Notes under the pieces: generated by a model
What the model saw: only the letters and a program-made list of their open reading frames with translations
What the model was told of the DNA's origin: nothing
Database searches by the model: none
Shown here: one piece after another, positions 16,853 to 28,139 of the stretch
Layout of the letters: each line of letters begins with the position of its first letter
Numbering within the stretch: the first letter of the stretch is position 1
Position numbers and translations under genes: made by a program
Origin: Eledone cirrhosa
Taxonomy: Eukaryota
DNA length: 64,000 bases
Direction of reading: 5' to 3'
NCBI GenBank assembly: GCA_964016885.1
Contig: OZ024743.1
Location: 186,124,001-186,188,000, forward strand

Positions 16853-17117
16853 TGGAAGCATGTGGCCTCGTGGTAAGGGTGTTGGACTTATGATCATAAT
16901 GTTGTGGGTTTGATTCCTGGTCTGGGTTGCGTGTTGTGTTCTTGAGCAAAACTCTTCATTTCATGTTGCTTCAGTACACTTAGCTGCAAAAAAGTACCAG
17001 CAATAGCTGGGGGTTTAACCTGGCGATGGACTGGCGTTCTGTCCAGGGGGAAGTCGTGTACTCTCAGTCACTTCATGCCATAAAACCAGGATAAGCACCA
17101 GCCTAACAAGCCTTAAA
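16853..17117 (+). mobile_element. tRNA-derived SINE (family B) with CORE-like and V-like body
   Basis: Pol III A box TGGCCTCGTGG, B-box-like GGTTTGATTCC, then TTCTTGAGCAAAACTCTT and CCTGGCGATGGACTGGCGTTCTGTCCAGGGG. Confidence 0.7.
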
Positions 17118-17858
17118 ATAATAATAATAATAATAATGAAATTATTGTGTAAAGTGCTCAGGTGCACTACAACTCGTCAATATAGTACATAGAATAATAC
17201 ACAAATGCCAGGGAAGTACATGTTTGTATGTGTTAGCTGTAGTGTTGGCGGATCTCGGGAAGCATGGAGGCCTTAAAGGATGCAGCGTCTCGACAGCTAA
17301 CAACTGATGCAGGTAGTTTGTTCCATGCTTCAGCAACTCTGAGCGTGAAAAAATGTTTCCGAAAGTCATGGGAACTGTGCTGTTTTCTTACTTTGTGGGC
17401 ATGTCCACGTGTGTTAGACACATGGAAATCGAAAAGGCACTCAGGGTTGTTGTTGGCAACATGGTTAACAATTTTGTGGGTGTTCACCAAGTCAGTTGCC
17501 AGGCGTCGGAGCTTCAATGAATCCATGCCCAGGGAAGCAAGGCGATCAGAGTATGGTAGATGCCTGATGGAGGGTATTCGCTTGGTTGCACGTCTCTGAA
17601 CAGTTTCCAGGCGGTCAATGTCCTGAGCAAGATAGGGGTTCCAGACTGGTGATGCAAATTCTAAGTGTGGTCGCACCATAGCTGTATACAGCCTTAAATA
17701 GATATCTGGAGAGCGGCTGACAAAGGTCTTGCTGAGTGATGCTAAGACACCCTCGGCCCTCTTGACAATTTTAGAGACGTGCCTCGTCCAACGCAAATCG
17801 CTGCTGACCGTAATGCCCAGGTCACGTTCACAGGAAGACTTCTTGATATTAGTGCTGT
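17118..17858 (-). mobile_element. 5'-truncated CR1-clade LINE (ORF2 C-terminus, 3' UTR, (ATT)n tail)
   Basis: ORF 17233-17796 with LYTAMVRPHLEFASPVWNP, LETVQRRATK, TRGH and FFTLRVAEAWNKLP motifs; ERDLGITVSSDL just upstream. Confidence 0.92.
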
Positions 17859-17938
17859 TTCAATGGCTTAAGGCAGACTTTTTTAGACTATTGTGTATAA
17901 CCTAGGCAATTCATTTTATTTTGTTGTGTTAATTACAG

Positions 17939-18074
17939 AAAACATGTTGAGGCTCCTGTTTGTGAAGATCTGCAACTCAAAGTACTGGAATGTTACCGCA
18001 GTAATCAGTCCTATCCTCTGAACTGTTCAACTGAAGTACATGCCTTTGCTACAGCTGTCGACCAAGCAAGACAA
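17939..18074 (+). CDS. CHCHD3: Internal exon encoding the CHCH domain of a MICOS subunit MIC19/CHCHD3-like protein
   Basis: T-rich tract and TTACAG acceptor, GTAGGC donor; 136-nt exon reads KHVEAPVCEDLQLKVLECYRSNQSYPLNCSTEVHAFATAVDQARQ, resembling the CHCHD3 pattern PVCADLQAKILQCYRENTHQTLKCS...VNHAKQ. Not in the ORF track. Confidence 0.85.
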
Positions 18075-18374
18075 GTAGGCTAACTCTCTTTTTAATCAAT
18101 TTTATTTTCACTAATCTATGAATGCTTCAGTTATTGATATGTAAACAAGTTAATGTGTTTTTTTATATATTAAAAAAATAAACGTTATTTCAATACTGGA
18201 CATACTATCATCCAGGATTTAAGGAAGGAAAGAAGGAGGCAGTTGATTGACAAGATCCCAGACTTCATTCGCTTACTAAGTGGGATGGAACTTATCAAAT
18301 TGGACCAAGGAAACAATGTTTCCATTGGTTTTTTCATTGGTGATACTATCCACTAGTTGCAACTCCTGGCAGAA

Positions 18375-18495
18375 AGAGCACCACGAAATAAAGTATCTTG
18401 CTCAAAGACATAATGCATCATCCAGTTTGGGAATTGAACTTGCAACCTCACAATTGCAAATCCAATTTTCTAGTCACTAAGTCATGTGCCTTCAC
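18375..18495 (-). mobile_element. SINE family B head fragment
   Basis: AAATAAAGTATCTTGCTCAAAG...CACTAAGTCATGTGCCTTCA matches the SINE head at 34610-34720. Confidence 0.65.
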
Positions 18496-19404
18496 TTTAA
18501 GGATTTAAAATATCATTATTTCAAAACCAGACATACCATTACCCACTGTCTCTTTGAAAGTAGCATGAAATGATTTAAATAATTATTTTAATACTGGGCA
18601 CAGTGTTATCTAATGTTCCTTTGAAAATAGGGTGAAAGGATTTGAAGAAATGCTATTGCAATACTGAATATACCCTTATCTAGGAGACATGGTGTTCAGG
18701 TATAGAGAATGCCCTGATGTTTGGCAGCGGCATTCTTTAGGATGGATGGCAACATTGGTTCTCAACTGACTCTTACTTTTGGCTTCAGGATATTTTTCAG
18801 CCACACCTCATTAACTGCTTCTGCTGAAAGTGAGGGACTGGATGCTTTAAGAGGAGATGGGCACCACCAAGTATTTTTAAGGGCCATGATAGACACAGTT
18901 AATTGTCTACTGTGGCACCCCAGTGAATGGTTGCACTGGCAAGAACTCAATTAATTTATTGAAAGTTAATGTGTTTTCTATACCCTAATTTCACTTTGTT
19001 GAATATGTGAGGGTTGATTAAAATTTATGATTGTATTCATTTGTTTCATGAGAAAAAAACATATTTCATTCTCCAACAGTGAAATAAAAGAAAAAAACTT
19101 TGAGTATCACATTTATTTCAATTTTATTTTGAATGAGTTTTGTATCATTCATTAATTTCAACCATTTGGTGACTAACAATTATATTTGCTGTGCCCAGTG
19201 TAGGTTTTATATCACTTTTATACATTTTGTTTTGTGCATTTTTTGCCCATAGACAGGAGTAGTGATAGTAATTGTATATATTAATCTACAATTCCTGGTG
19301 GAATTGTAGGAGCACCATTATGACACTTGAAACCTGGCAGAGCCCATCCCTTCTCCAGGTCTGAAAAAAACTGATTTCTGAGAGAGTTGAAATGAGAAAT
19401 ATAG

Positions 19405-19560
19405 AGGAAGAATTGACTCCAATACTGGACTGGTAATTTTTTATTGACCTTGAAAGAATGACAGACAAAGTTGACCTTGGTGGAACTCAGAGCATAGAGA
19501 GTCAGCACAAAAACTGTAAAGTATTTTATCTGACTTTCTATCGACTGCCTCATCACTGCC
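19405..19560 (-). mobile_element. Degenerate SINE family A
   Basis: ACTGGTAATTTTTTATTGACC...ACAAAGTTGACCTTGGTGGAACTCAG is antisense to the family A body. Confidence 0.6.
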
Positions 19561-20027
19561 GATAGGGATGCTAAATATACAATGGTTATTGCATCTTGAG
19601 ACAAATACTTTAATGCAATCACAACATGGTCATTTGACAGTTAGCACACTGCATATCATCAACAATGTGTTTAATACAGTAAAGTATAAAGATAACATTC
19701 ACACAAGATATGTGAAATAATTGTATCTACTTTTGGCACAAGGCCAGCAATCAGCCAGTACATTACTGGTACTTTATATGAAATAATGCAACATTTTTTA
19801 TTTATTTAATACTGTATATTGCTATTTTGTTATATTAAAATATGTGTTTAAAATGCCTTAGTATTTAAAAGATTCAACCATTAACTGAATGTGTACTCAA
19901 TACTGGTAGGTAAAGTATAAACATTGATTTTCTGTAGAAGTCTGACAGTGACTAAAAATTTTAGCTTGGCTACTTTTTATATATATATATTCAGTTTTGA
20001 TTTCATTGTATATATTTCTATTTTCAG

Positions 20028-20054
20028 AATGTTATTCTTGCCAAGAAAGTTTGA
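20028..20054 (+). CDS. CHCHD3: Probable terminal coding exon of the MIC19/CHCHD3-like gene (NVILAKKV*)
   Basis: Strong acceptor TTTCTATTTTCAG; phase-0 junction matches the upstream exon; gives a short basic tail like that of CHCHD3 proteins. Confidence 0.65.
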   Translation, partial: NVILAKKV

Positions 20055-20477
20055 TACATTTGTAACTATTGAGACAACTCTGTTAGAAAGCTGGGATTGG
20101 TTAACTGAAGATTCTGATGCAACAGCTGTTATCGAGATTATCATCAAATTATGACCTTCAACCACTATCTTGCAGCTTATATTGGAGTTGTACATTTGTC
20201 TGTGGCTCAATGAGAGCTGTTAGAACAGATGAGATATTCTTTTGATATCTTAGCCTTCACAAAGAATTTATTTTTGGCTTTGTTGCAAGGAATGATTTGA
20301 AAAGAAATAAAGATGCTGTGATCTATAGCACATTTTCTTAAAGATTTATCTTATTTTTCAAAAACATCTTTGTGTGAAAAAGGAATGTAAGATTTTTTCA
20401 ATCTTTTTGATAATCATAATGACATTCCATTATTTTTCATCTGTTAAGATTCATACAGAAATAATCCTCATTATAAA

Positions 20478-21225
20478 TTTGCTGCCTACTGCTTCTGTGC
20501 ATTGACAACATGTAAAACCTATGTTCTTAGCTAACCTACTTGAGATCCTATTGCATGTCTTGTGTACCCATAGTTTGCATTTGGGACATAGAATGAAATT
20601 TCTACCCACCCCTTCTCTACACACTAAGCAGGGCCATTTCCCTGAAGGGATCAGGGTCTTGTTTTCCTTTCTAGTAACTAGGACTGTAATCTTTGTCACG
20701 TTGACTTTAAAACCTTTTTTCCATTGGAAGCATAACTTGGAATTCTTTCTCTAGTTCTGCCATAGATTCAGCTATGAGAGTTAGATCATAAGCATACAGG
20801 AGTTCCCAAGGGCATCCTGTTTTAAACTATTCTGTTATAACCTGGAGGACAATAATAAACAGGAGAGGGCTAAAAGGAGCCATGGTGAACCCCCAACTTG
20901 CATGCTAAACTTCTCACTTTAATCATGATTAATTTTAACCTTGTTGGTTTTTTTCATCATCTCCTCTGTGAGTCTCAGCAATTTGAGATCAGCTCCCACC
21001 ATCTCCACCCAGTTCATCCAATCTCTGCTTTTCTCTCATGTTTACATTGCACATCCATTGAAGCAGGCTTGCTTCATTTATCTCCAACATGTACATGTCC
21101 TCTGCTTCTACTGTCATGTTTCACTACCATGCAGCATCACAGTTAACACACAGGCGTCATACAGCCATCCTTTTGTACATAAGGAGAAACCTTTTGTTGT
21201 CAACAGTAGGAGTAGCTCTCTAAAC
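20478..21225 (-). mobile_element. Decayed, internally deleted RTE LINE fragments
   Basis: [11 protein letters not shown]-like segment and KWPCLVCREGVGRNFILCPKCKLWVHKTC (ORF 20451-20699), homologous to the RTE copies downstream. Confidence 0.85.
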
Positions 21226-21319
21226 TCTTCCATCCTATCCTTATTCGACAATATAGATACGATATTGACACAGTATCAAAACAATATCGATAACACTAGT
21301 GAAACAATATCGATACAAT

Positions 21320-21661
21320 ATTGAATATATCAAAATTGTTGGGATGTACAATTATTGAGTTCAGGGACTCCCTTTGGATTAGAGTTGACCATCCCAATTT
21401 TGATATAATGATTGGATCAAGTGATTCAGCACAAATTACTGTTCTAGTTGGCTTATTCTCCAACAAGGAAATTTCAGCCATACAAGGTGGATTATATAGA
21501 GATTCATTCTTAAGAATTTTAACCAGCATAGACTAAAAAACATAAAAAATGTTTTGCAAAAATTCTTCAAGAATTATGGCCTTAGCATTACTATTGACTT
21601 AAACTATCAGATTGTTAATTTTCTAGATGTTAACTTAGAAATGGACACTGGTTTATGCCGT
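21320..21661 (+). pseudogene. Penelope-like element reverse transcriptase remnant, part 1
   Basis: Frameshifted FDIMIGSSDSAQITVLVGL, GGLYRDSFL (decayed YRDD) and IVNFLDVNLEMDTGLCR, matching PLE RT motifs; interrupted by the RTE at 21661. Confidence 0.7.
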
Positions 21662-23581
21662 CATCATCATCACCACCGTTTTACGTCCGTTCTTCCATGT
21701 TAGCATGGGTTAGACGAGTTGTCCTGTTGTGGGCAGTGTCTGGTCGGCTGACCATGCCTTGCTCATATAGGAACTGATTTGGCTTGATTTCTACAGCTGG
21801 ATGCCCTTCCTAACACCAACCTCATTTACAGTGAGTGTTGGGTGCTTTTTCCGTGGCACCTACACGTCCACTTTACAGTGTGGGCTGGGTGCTTTTTTGC
21901 CGTGGCACCTCCACGACCACCTTGCAGTGGAAGGGTGTGGGGGCATATTGTCTATATGCTTCAGCTTGTACCCATGGGAGGTCGGGTACTCTGTATTACT
22001 GCGTGACGCCAGAGGTCACGGTCGTGTGTCATCGCCTTTGAGAGGTGTAATTGGGTAAGGTCGGCTTTTATCACCTTATCCCAGGTCTGCTTGGGTCTCC
22101 CCACTCCGCGGTCTCCATTGACTTCTAGTGCTCCTTAAGTTGGCATCTATGTCATTAATATATGCCACAAACAAAAGGGGGCCAAGAACAGATCCCTGAG
22201 GTACACCAGATGACATCTCATATGGTGAGGAATGCTGTCCCAGAACCGTGACTACCTCTCTTCGACTGAGAATGAAGGACTTCAACCAGTTAAAAAGATC
22301 ATCCTTCACACCCATTGCAGAGAGTTTTGCCATAAGCCTTTTGTGTGGCACAGAATTGAAGGCCTTTGCAAAGTCAAGGTAAACAACATCCACCCATGAA
22401 CCGCCATCAGTGATCCGGGTGATGTCCTCAAGAAACTCTATAAGTTGATCACAGCAGCTCATAATGGCTCTTCCATGCATTTTTCTTCTCAGCACTTGTG
22501 AGGGAAAGCTCACCTTTATCATTCCGGATACACTTCTCTCCAATGACATCACAATTCTCTCTGACACACTGCCTCACAATCTTGAACACCTCCTGTTTCT
22601 GGTCCCCACGTTGCAAAACATGCTTGAATTTTCTATCCTCTGCTTCCCTCTTAGTTAAGTATACCTGTCGCCTAGCTTCCCTCTTGGTCTCTATGTAATG
22701 TACCCTGCTCCCCCCGTTCTTCCATTCTTTCCATGCCTGTCTCTTGGCCTTAACTGCCTCATCTACCTTATTGTTCCACCACCAAGTCACTCTCCTCCTG
22801 CTTGTGGTCTTACTCCAGCCACAGACCTCATCCGTCGCCTCTAGTAAGTTATTTTTTAGGAACTCCCAGTTCTCTTCTACATTGAATGTCTCTATCTGTT
22901 CTTCTTTACTGTCGTAGGCGTTGAGTAAAATATCTTTAAATCTGTTACTGGCTGAGGGGTCTTTCAGCTTCCAGATCTTTCTTCTCCAGGTTGGCCTCTG
23001 TTTCCAGGTTCGTCTAGTTCTGACCGTGAGGTCGCTGACAACTAAGCTATGTTGGGAGGTACATTCCTCACTAGGGTAGGCTTTTGTGTTTATGACCGTC
23101 CATCTGTCACGTCCTCTGATGAGGATAAAATCTATCTGACTAGAGTGCTCCCCTGATCTATAGGTGATCAGGTGGTTGTCGGGTTTTTTGAAGTTTGTGT
23201 TACATATCGACATGTCATAGGCGTCACAGAATTCTAGAAGTCTGAATCCTTCCTCATTTCTTGTGCCAACCCCGTGGCCTCCATGGACTCTATTGAAGCC
23301 GTCACAGTGTTTATCTACGTGTCCGTTAAAATCTCCTGCGATGATTAGGAAATCATTGTCGTTTGTTAGAGCAGTAGTGTGCATTAGGGACTTGTAAAAT
23401 CTATCCTTAAGTTCGTCTGGCAACCCCGATTGGGGTGCGTAAGCTGATATTATTATGGTAATTGTTTTATTCAGGACTAGTCTGAGTTTAATGATTCTTG
23501 CATTTACCCTGTATACTGAGATTACTTTATCTACCCACTTGTCAGCTAGTAGTATACCTACACCACCCATCCCAGAAAATT
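21661..23581 (-). mobile_element. RTE-A LINE copy, 5'-truncated, RT region replaced by a CR1 fragment
   Basis: ORF 22449-23570 (APE endonuclease: AGDFNGHV, SQIDFIL, SQHSLV) nearly identical to ~36590-37653; 21661-22133 matches 39196-39669 including the (GAT)n tail. Confidence 0.93.
22134..22458 (-). mobile_element. Internal CR1-type RT fragment embedded in RTE-A
   Basis: SCCDQLIEFLEDIT...VVYLDFAKAFNSVPH...SGVPQGSVLGPLLFVAYIND is CR1/L2-type RT, unlike the RTE motifs FVDLEKAFD and [10 protein letters not shown]. Confidence 0.9.
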
Positions 23582-23600
23582 AAAAAAAAAAAGTTTTTTT

Positions 23601-23830
23601 TCCCTATCACAAACCAGAACATCTATGCTACGTGCATAATTTGTCTAATCGTCCTAAACCAGTGATTGATTCTATGGTAAAAGACCTATTCTCTAGAATC
23701 TCCATGTTGACCAATGAGGATATTTGTAACAGCAGTGCATGGTACTATAATGAAGCTTTAGCTAGATCTGATTATAGGGATAAAATATCTTATATACCTA
23801 CCAATAATTATTATAAATCTCATAAACATT
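23601..23830 (+). pseudogene. Penelope-like element reverse transcriptase remnant, part 2
   Basis: PYHKPEHLCYVHNLSNRPKPVIDSMVK...YYNEALARSDY continues directly from DTGLCR at 21661. Confidence 0.7.
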
Positions 23831-23916
23831 TAAATATAATTACTAGTCTATAAATAAAAATAGGAATTGATTTAATAGGGCTTAGAAACAAATGAACCTT
23901 TGTAAAGGGTTCCTAT

Positions 23917-24139
23917 TTAACACCTTTGATACCAAACTACCTCTGGTTATATGAAACAAAGTCACTCGTTTAAAGGACTCATATTTAAATAAAAATCTTC
24001 CAATATATTTCTATATAAGAACCATATGTTAAAGTACTATCGTAATAATGAAATAAAAATTTTAATAAAAACCTCAAAATTCTTCATTAATTAATTGAAA
24101 TAGTGTATTTCATTAGAATTATAGTCACAAAAGCGTTAA
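23917..24139. mobile_element. Possible TTAA-flanked (piggyBac-like) MITE
   Basis: TTAA at both ends with weak inverted termini CACCTTTGATAC / GTCACAAAAGCG. Confidence 0.35.
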
Positions 24140-24854
24140 CTTTAAATACCAGAATCATTAAACTTAGACTAGTCTTGCATACACACCTCAATCTGGGTTG
24201 TCAGATGAACTAAAAGATAGGTTTTACGAATCCTTAATGCACACTACTACAGTAACGAATGACAGTGACTTCCTAATCATTGCAGGGGACTTTAATGGAT
24301 ACATTGAACAACACTGTGATGACTTCTACAGAGTCCAAAGAGGCTACAGGTTTGGTGTGAGAAATAATGAAAGATGCAGGCTTCTAGAATTATGCGACAC
24401 CAATGATTTATCTATATGCAACACAAACTTAAAAAAACCCGACAACTACCTGATCACCAATAGGTCTGGTGAGCATGCTAGTCAGATAGATTTTATCTTT
24501 ACCAGAGGATGAGATAGAGTGTCAATTGTTAACACACAATTCCTCCCTGGCGAAAAATGCACCTCCCAACATAACCTAGTAGTTAACAACACCATTGTTA
24601 GGGCTATACAAACTTGGAGACAGAAGGCGACCTGGAGAAGAAGGATATGGAAGTTAAAAGAACCCTCGGCTTGTAACAAATTCGAAGGTATTTTGCTTGA
24701 TGCTTACGACAGTAAGGAAGAACAAATAGAGACATTCAATATACAGGAGTATTGGGAGTTCCTGAAAGATAATCTGCTGAAGGCAACAGACAAGATCTGT
24801 GGCTAGAACAAGGATCCAGAGAGGAGTGACTTGGTTGTATAACAATAAGGTAGA

Positions 24855-25998
24855 CGTTCCTCACATTCACTTTGCATTTGGTCTTCTCTTAGATCCCCAT
24901 CTTAAAAGAGAGACAACTGTCCAGGGTTACACCTAGATAGACTGGGTGCTCACAGTATTCAAGAGAGGTTCCTGACCAGTTAACCTTCAGTTGGCGCTTG
25001 GCTTCACAGTTTTGTAAATGGAAGGCACACACATGCGTCTTGGATGGATTTGCACGCAGGTGGTTCTCTTCATAATGTGTTAGCTCTTCCAGAGCATTGG
25101 AGAATCTCTCTTCCACAGCTTTGAAATCAGTGTCTTGTGCACCTATGCCAAGATCGTCTGCATAGATGAAGCGGCGGATGTCTGCATTTTTTGGTTGGTT
25201 GTTGGTGTAGATGTTGGAGAGAAGTGGTGCAAGCACAATTCCCTGTGGGAGGTCATTCTTGAGTCTTTGCCATCTGCTTTTCTTCCCTCCTAGTTTAACA
25301 ACATCATCCGCAAGCTCACTGGCACAACCTGGGGTGCAAACCCACAGACTGAAGTCAACTGCACTAGCTCTCTGCTACTCAGTTGCCAAGTATGCATGCC
25401 CAGTATGGGAGTGAGCTGTCCATGCCCAGAACTAGATCCTGCCCTCAATGCTAGCTGCCGCCTCATCACAGGCTACCTGAAATCTACACCTATGGACCGT
25501 CTGCATATCCTGGCAGGTATAGCCCCACCAGAGATACGATGAAGTGTAGCAAGCAAGTATGTCAAAAACATACTCTCTTTGGCCATGTGCCAGCCAAAAG
25601 CTGCCTTAAATCCAGGAAAAATTTCATAAAGAGTGTCACACCCTTTGGAACATCAAGCATAAGTAGTGAAAGAGTCACTTGCTGGGAAGAAAAACTTAAC
25701 TTCCCATCTGTACCAACAATGGAGCTAAAGGCGAGTGAGGCACTGCCCCCCGGAGCAGATACAAACTATGCAGTGTGGAAATGCCTCAACCGATTAAATC
25801 TAGTGTTGGTTGTGCAAAAGCCAATCTGGCAAAATGAGGATGTATGTGATTGCGGCATCGAACCACAGACTACGCAGCACCTGATATTACCCCTGCACAG
25901 GATTGGACTTGGCAGAGTTTAATGAGAAAGGACAGCAATGTGTTCAGCTGTGGCAGAACCACATCTAGCCGGCACTTTGTAGTGGACATAAGAAGAAG
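24855..25998. mobile_element. Ingi/Vingi-like LINE with inverted 5' part and 9-bp TSD
   Basis: Minus strand ~24856-25296 encodes LAPLLSNIYT, FIYADDL, HPVYLGVTLD, KVNVRN; plus strand 25297-25998 continues NIIRKLTGTTWGANP, STALALCYS, CDCGIEPQTTQHL and ends GGACATA(AGA)n; TAAGGTAGA duplicated at 24846-24854 and 25999-26007. Confidence 0.85.
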
Positions 25999-27024
25999 TA
26001 AGGTAGATGAGACAAAGCCAAGTAACAGGCATGGAAAAAATGGAAGAATGGAAGAAGCACGGTACACTACCTGGAAGCTAGGACACAAGATGAGATGCAG
26101 TTCGGATTTGTGCCAGGTAAAGATACCAATGAAGCCCTCTTCCTTGTAAAGCAAGTATAGGAAAAATTCTTAGCTAAAAGTAAACCGCTCTACTTGGCAT
26201 TTGTTGACTTGGAGAAAGCTTTTGACAGAGTCCCCCATTCCATAATCTGGTGGGCTCTAAGAAAACTAGGAGTAGAAGAGTGGCTTGTGAAGGCTGAACA
26301 AGCCAAGTATAGAGGAGCAGTCAACAAAGTTAGGATAATAATAACTATAGTGAAGAATTTAGCGTGCATGTGGCCGTCCACCAAGAATCTGTTTTTGGCC
26401 CTCTCCTGTTTATTATTGTCCTGTAGGCTATAACAGAGGAGTTTAAGACTAGCTGCCCATGGGAATTCCTGTATGCAGATGATCTAATGCTTATAGCTGA
26501 ATCTATGGCAGAACTAGAGAAAAAATTCCAAATCTGTAAGCATGGTCTAGAATCAAAGGGTTTTAAAGTTAACCTGACAAAGACTAAAGTTCTAGTAAGT
26601 AGAAGGGAAAACAGGGCCCTTCAGTGTGCAGTAGATGTAAGTAGAAATTCCATTCTCTGTCCCAAATGGGTACACACAAGATGTAGTGGGATTTCAGGTA
26701 GGCTAGCTAAAAATATAGGTTTTACATGTGGCCATTGCACAGGAACAGTAAGCAGCAAACGCCCACAGGGTACTAGTTCTATCAAATTCTGGGAAAGTTC
26801 AGTAGAAGTGGTAGACAGCTTCTGCTACTTGGGTTACCAAATCAGCAGTGGAAGTGGGTGTTCTGAAAGTATTGTAGCCAGAGTTAGAACAGGATGGAAA
26901 AAGTTCAGGGAGCTACTGTTAGTCACAAAAAGTTCTCAAAACGAACAGCAATGTTACAATTAGTGAAGCCTGGCCACTCTGTGCAGAGGACCTGAGAAGA
27001 TTGGAAAGAAATGAAGCTTGCATG

Positions 27025-27384
27025 CTTTGATGGATGTGTAATATACATGAACTGAGAGAGAAACTGGGCATAAGAGGGATCAGACTTTGATGGATGTGTA
27101 ATATACATGAACTGAGAGAGAAACTGGGCATAAGAGGGATCAGACTTTGATGGATGTGTAATATACATGAACTGAGAGAGAAACTGGGCATAAGAGGGAT
27201 CAGAATTTGATGGATGTGTAATATACATGAACTGAGAGAGAAACTGGGCATAAGAGGGATCAGAATTTGATGGATGTGTAATATACATGAACTGAGAGAG
27301 AAACTGGGCATAAGAGGGATCAGAATTTGATGGATGTGTAATATACATGAACTGAGAGAGAAACTGGGCATAAGAGGGATCAGA
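27025..27384. repeat. 60-bp minisatellite, 6 copies, derived from RTE coding sequence
   Basis: (C/A)TTTGATGGATGTGTAATATACATGAACTGAGAGAGAAACTGGGCATAAGAGGGATCAGA x6. Confidence 0.98.
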
Positions 27385-27945
27385 TGTAGTGTGCAGGAGA
27401 GGAGACTGCATTGGTATGGACATGCGTATGAAGGATGACAACTGTATAAAAAGGTGCAGAGAGCTCAAAGTTGATGAGCGCTATGCAGTAGGAAGACATG
27501 GGATGAGGTGATAAAAGCTGACCTTGCAGAATTGCACCTCACCCACATCCCTAGATCTACCTCCCTAATCCCCACCCAAGTCCCCATCCCAGATTGTGAA
27601 TGTGCAGGCGTCACAGCAAAAAGCACTCAGCCCACACAATATATATGCAAACAACAGTTTAATTTAAAAATTAGGCTGCATGGATTCAATGATAATATTA
27701 AAAACATGTGGGAGAAATATAGGAAACAGAAAACTCAGAAGAGACAACAAGTACATGGACAATTCCCATTAATCGGCTATCTTCTGGGGATCATTATAGT
27801 TTTGGAAACTATAATGATCCCCAGAAGACAGCCATCCTTGGAGATTTCTTTTGTGTGGTTTTATTCTCTTTTCCAGTTTTTTCGTTTGTTTTTGACTGAT
27901 CTGACACACTATTCACTCGCCAACAACTCCTTTTTCCGAAAACGG

Positions 27946-28136
27946 AGGCAGGGAATGAAGGGGACCCTTGGAGTTACAGAGAAGCACTTCTCAGCCATTT
28001 AAATTTATAGAAAAGCACCCTAGGACTTTCCCAACCTCAGAGATTTCTTCAGTGAGAATAACAGGCAGAAAGGGAGGGGACCCTTGGTGTCACAGATAAA
28101 CACCTTTCGGCTGTTTAAATTTATAGAAAAGCAATC
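27946..28136 (+). repeat. Imperfect direct repeat (about 118-bp period) upstream of the Helitron fragment
   Basis: AGGCAG...GGGGACCCTTGG...CAGA...TTTAAATTTATAGAAAAGCA occurs twice. Confidence 0.7.
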
Positions 28137-28139
28137 CCT

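Larger units (their letters stand above)
24145..27545 (+). mobile_element. Old decayed RTE LINE with internal deletions, interrupted by a Vingi-like insertion
   Basis: Broken ORFs 24198-24512 (AGDFNG, SQIDFI), 24519-24806, 26194-26433 ([13 protein letters not shown]) and 26487-26963, collinear with the intact RTE. Confidence 0.9.

Noticed and set aside
17858-22134. The two CR1 pieces as one element split by later insertions
   Set aside because: The MIC19 exons lie between them, the intervening RT motifs are missing, and the second piece is enclosed by RTE sequence on both sides.
22076-22567. 163-aa ORF as a real fusion protein
   Set aside because: It reads RTE sequence out of frame on both sides of the CR1 fragment and lacks the catalytic YADD motif.
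26919-27468. Repetitive 150-aa and 181-aa ORFs
   Set aside because: Antisense translations of the 60-bp minisatellite.
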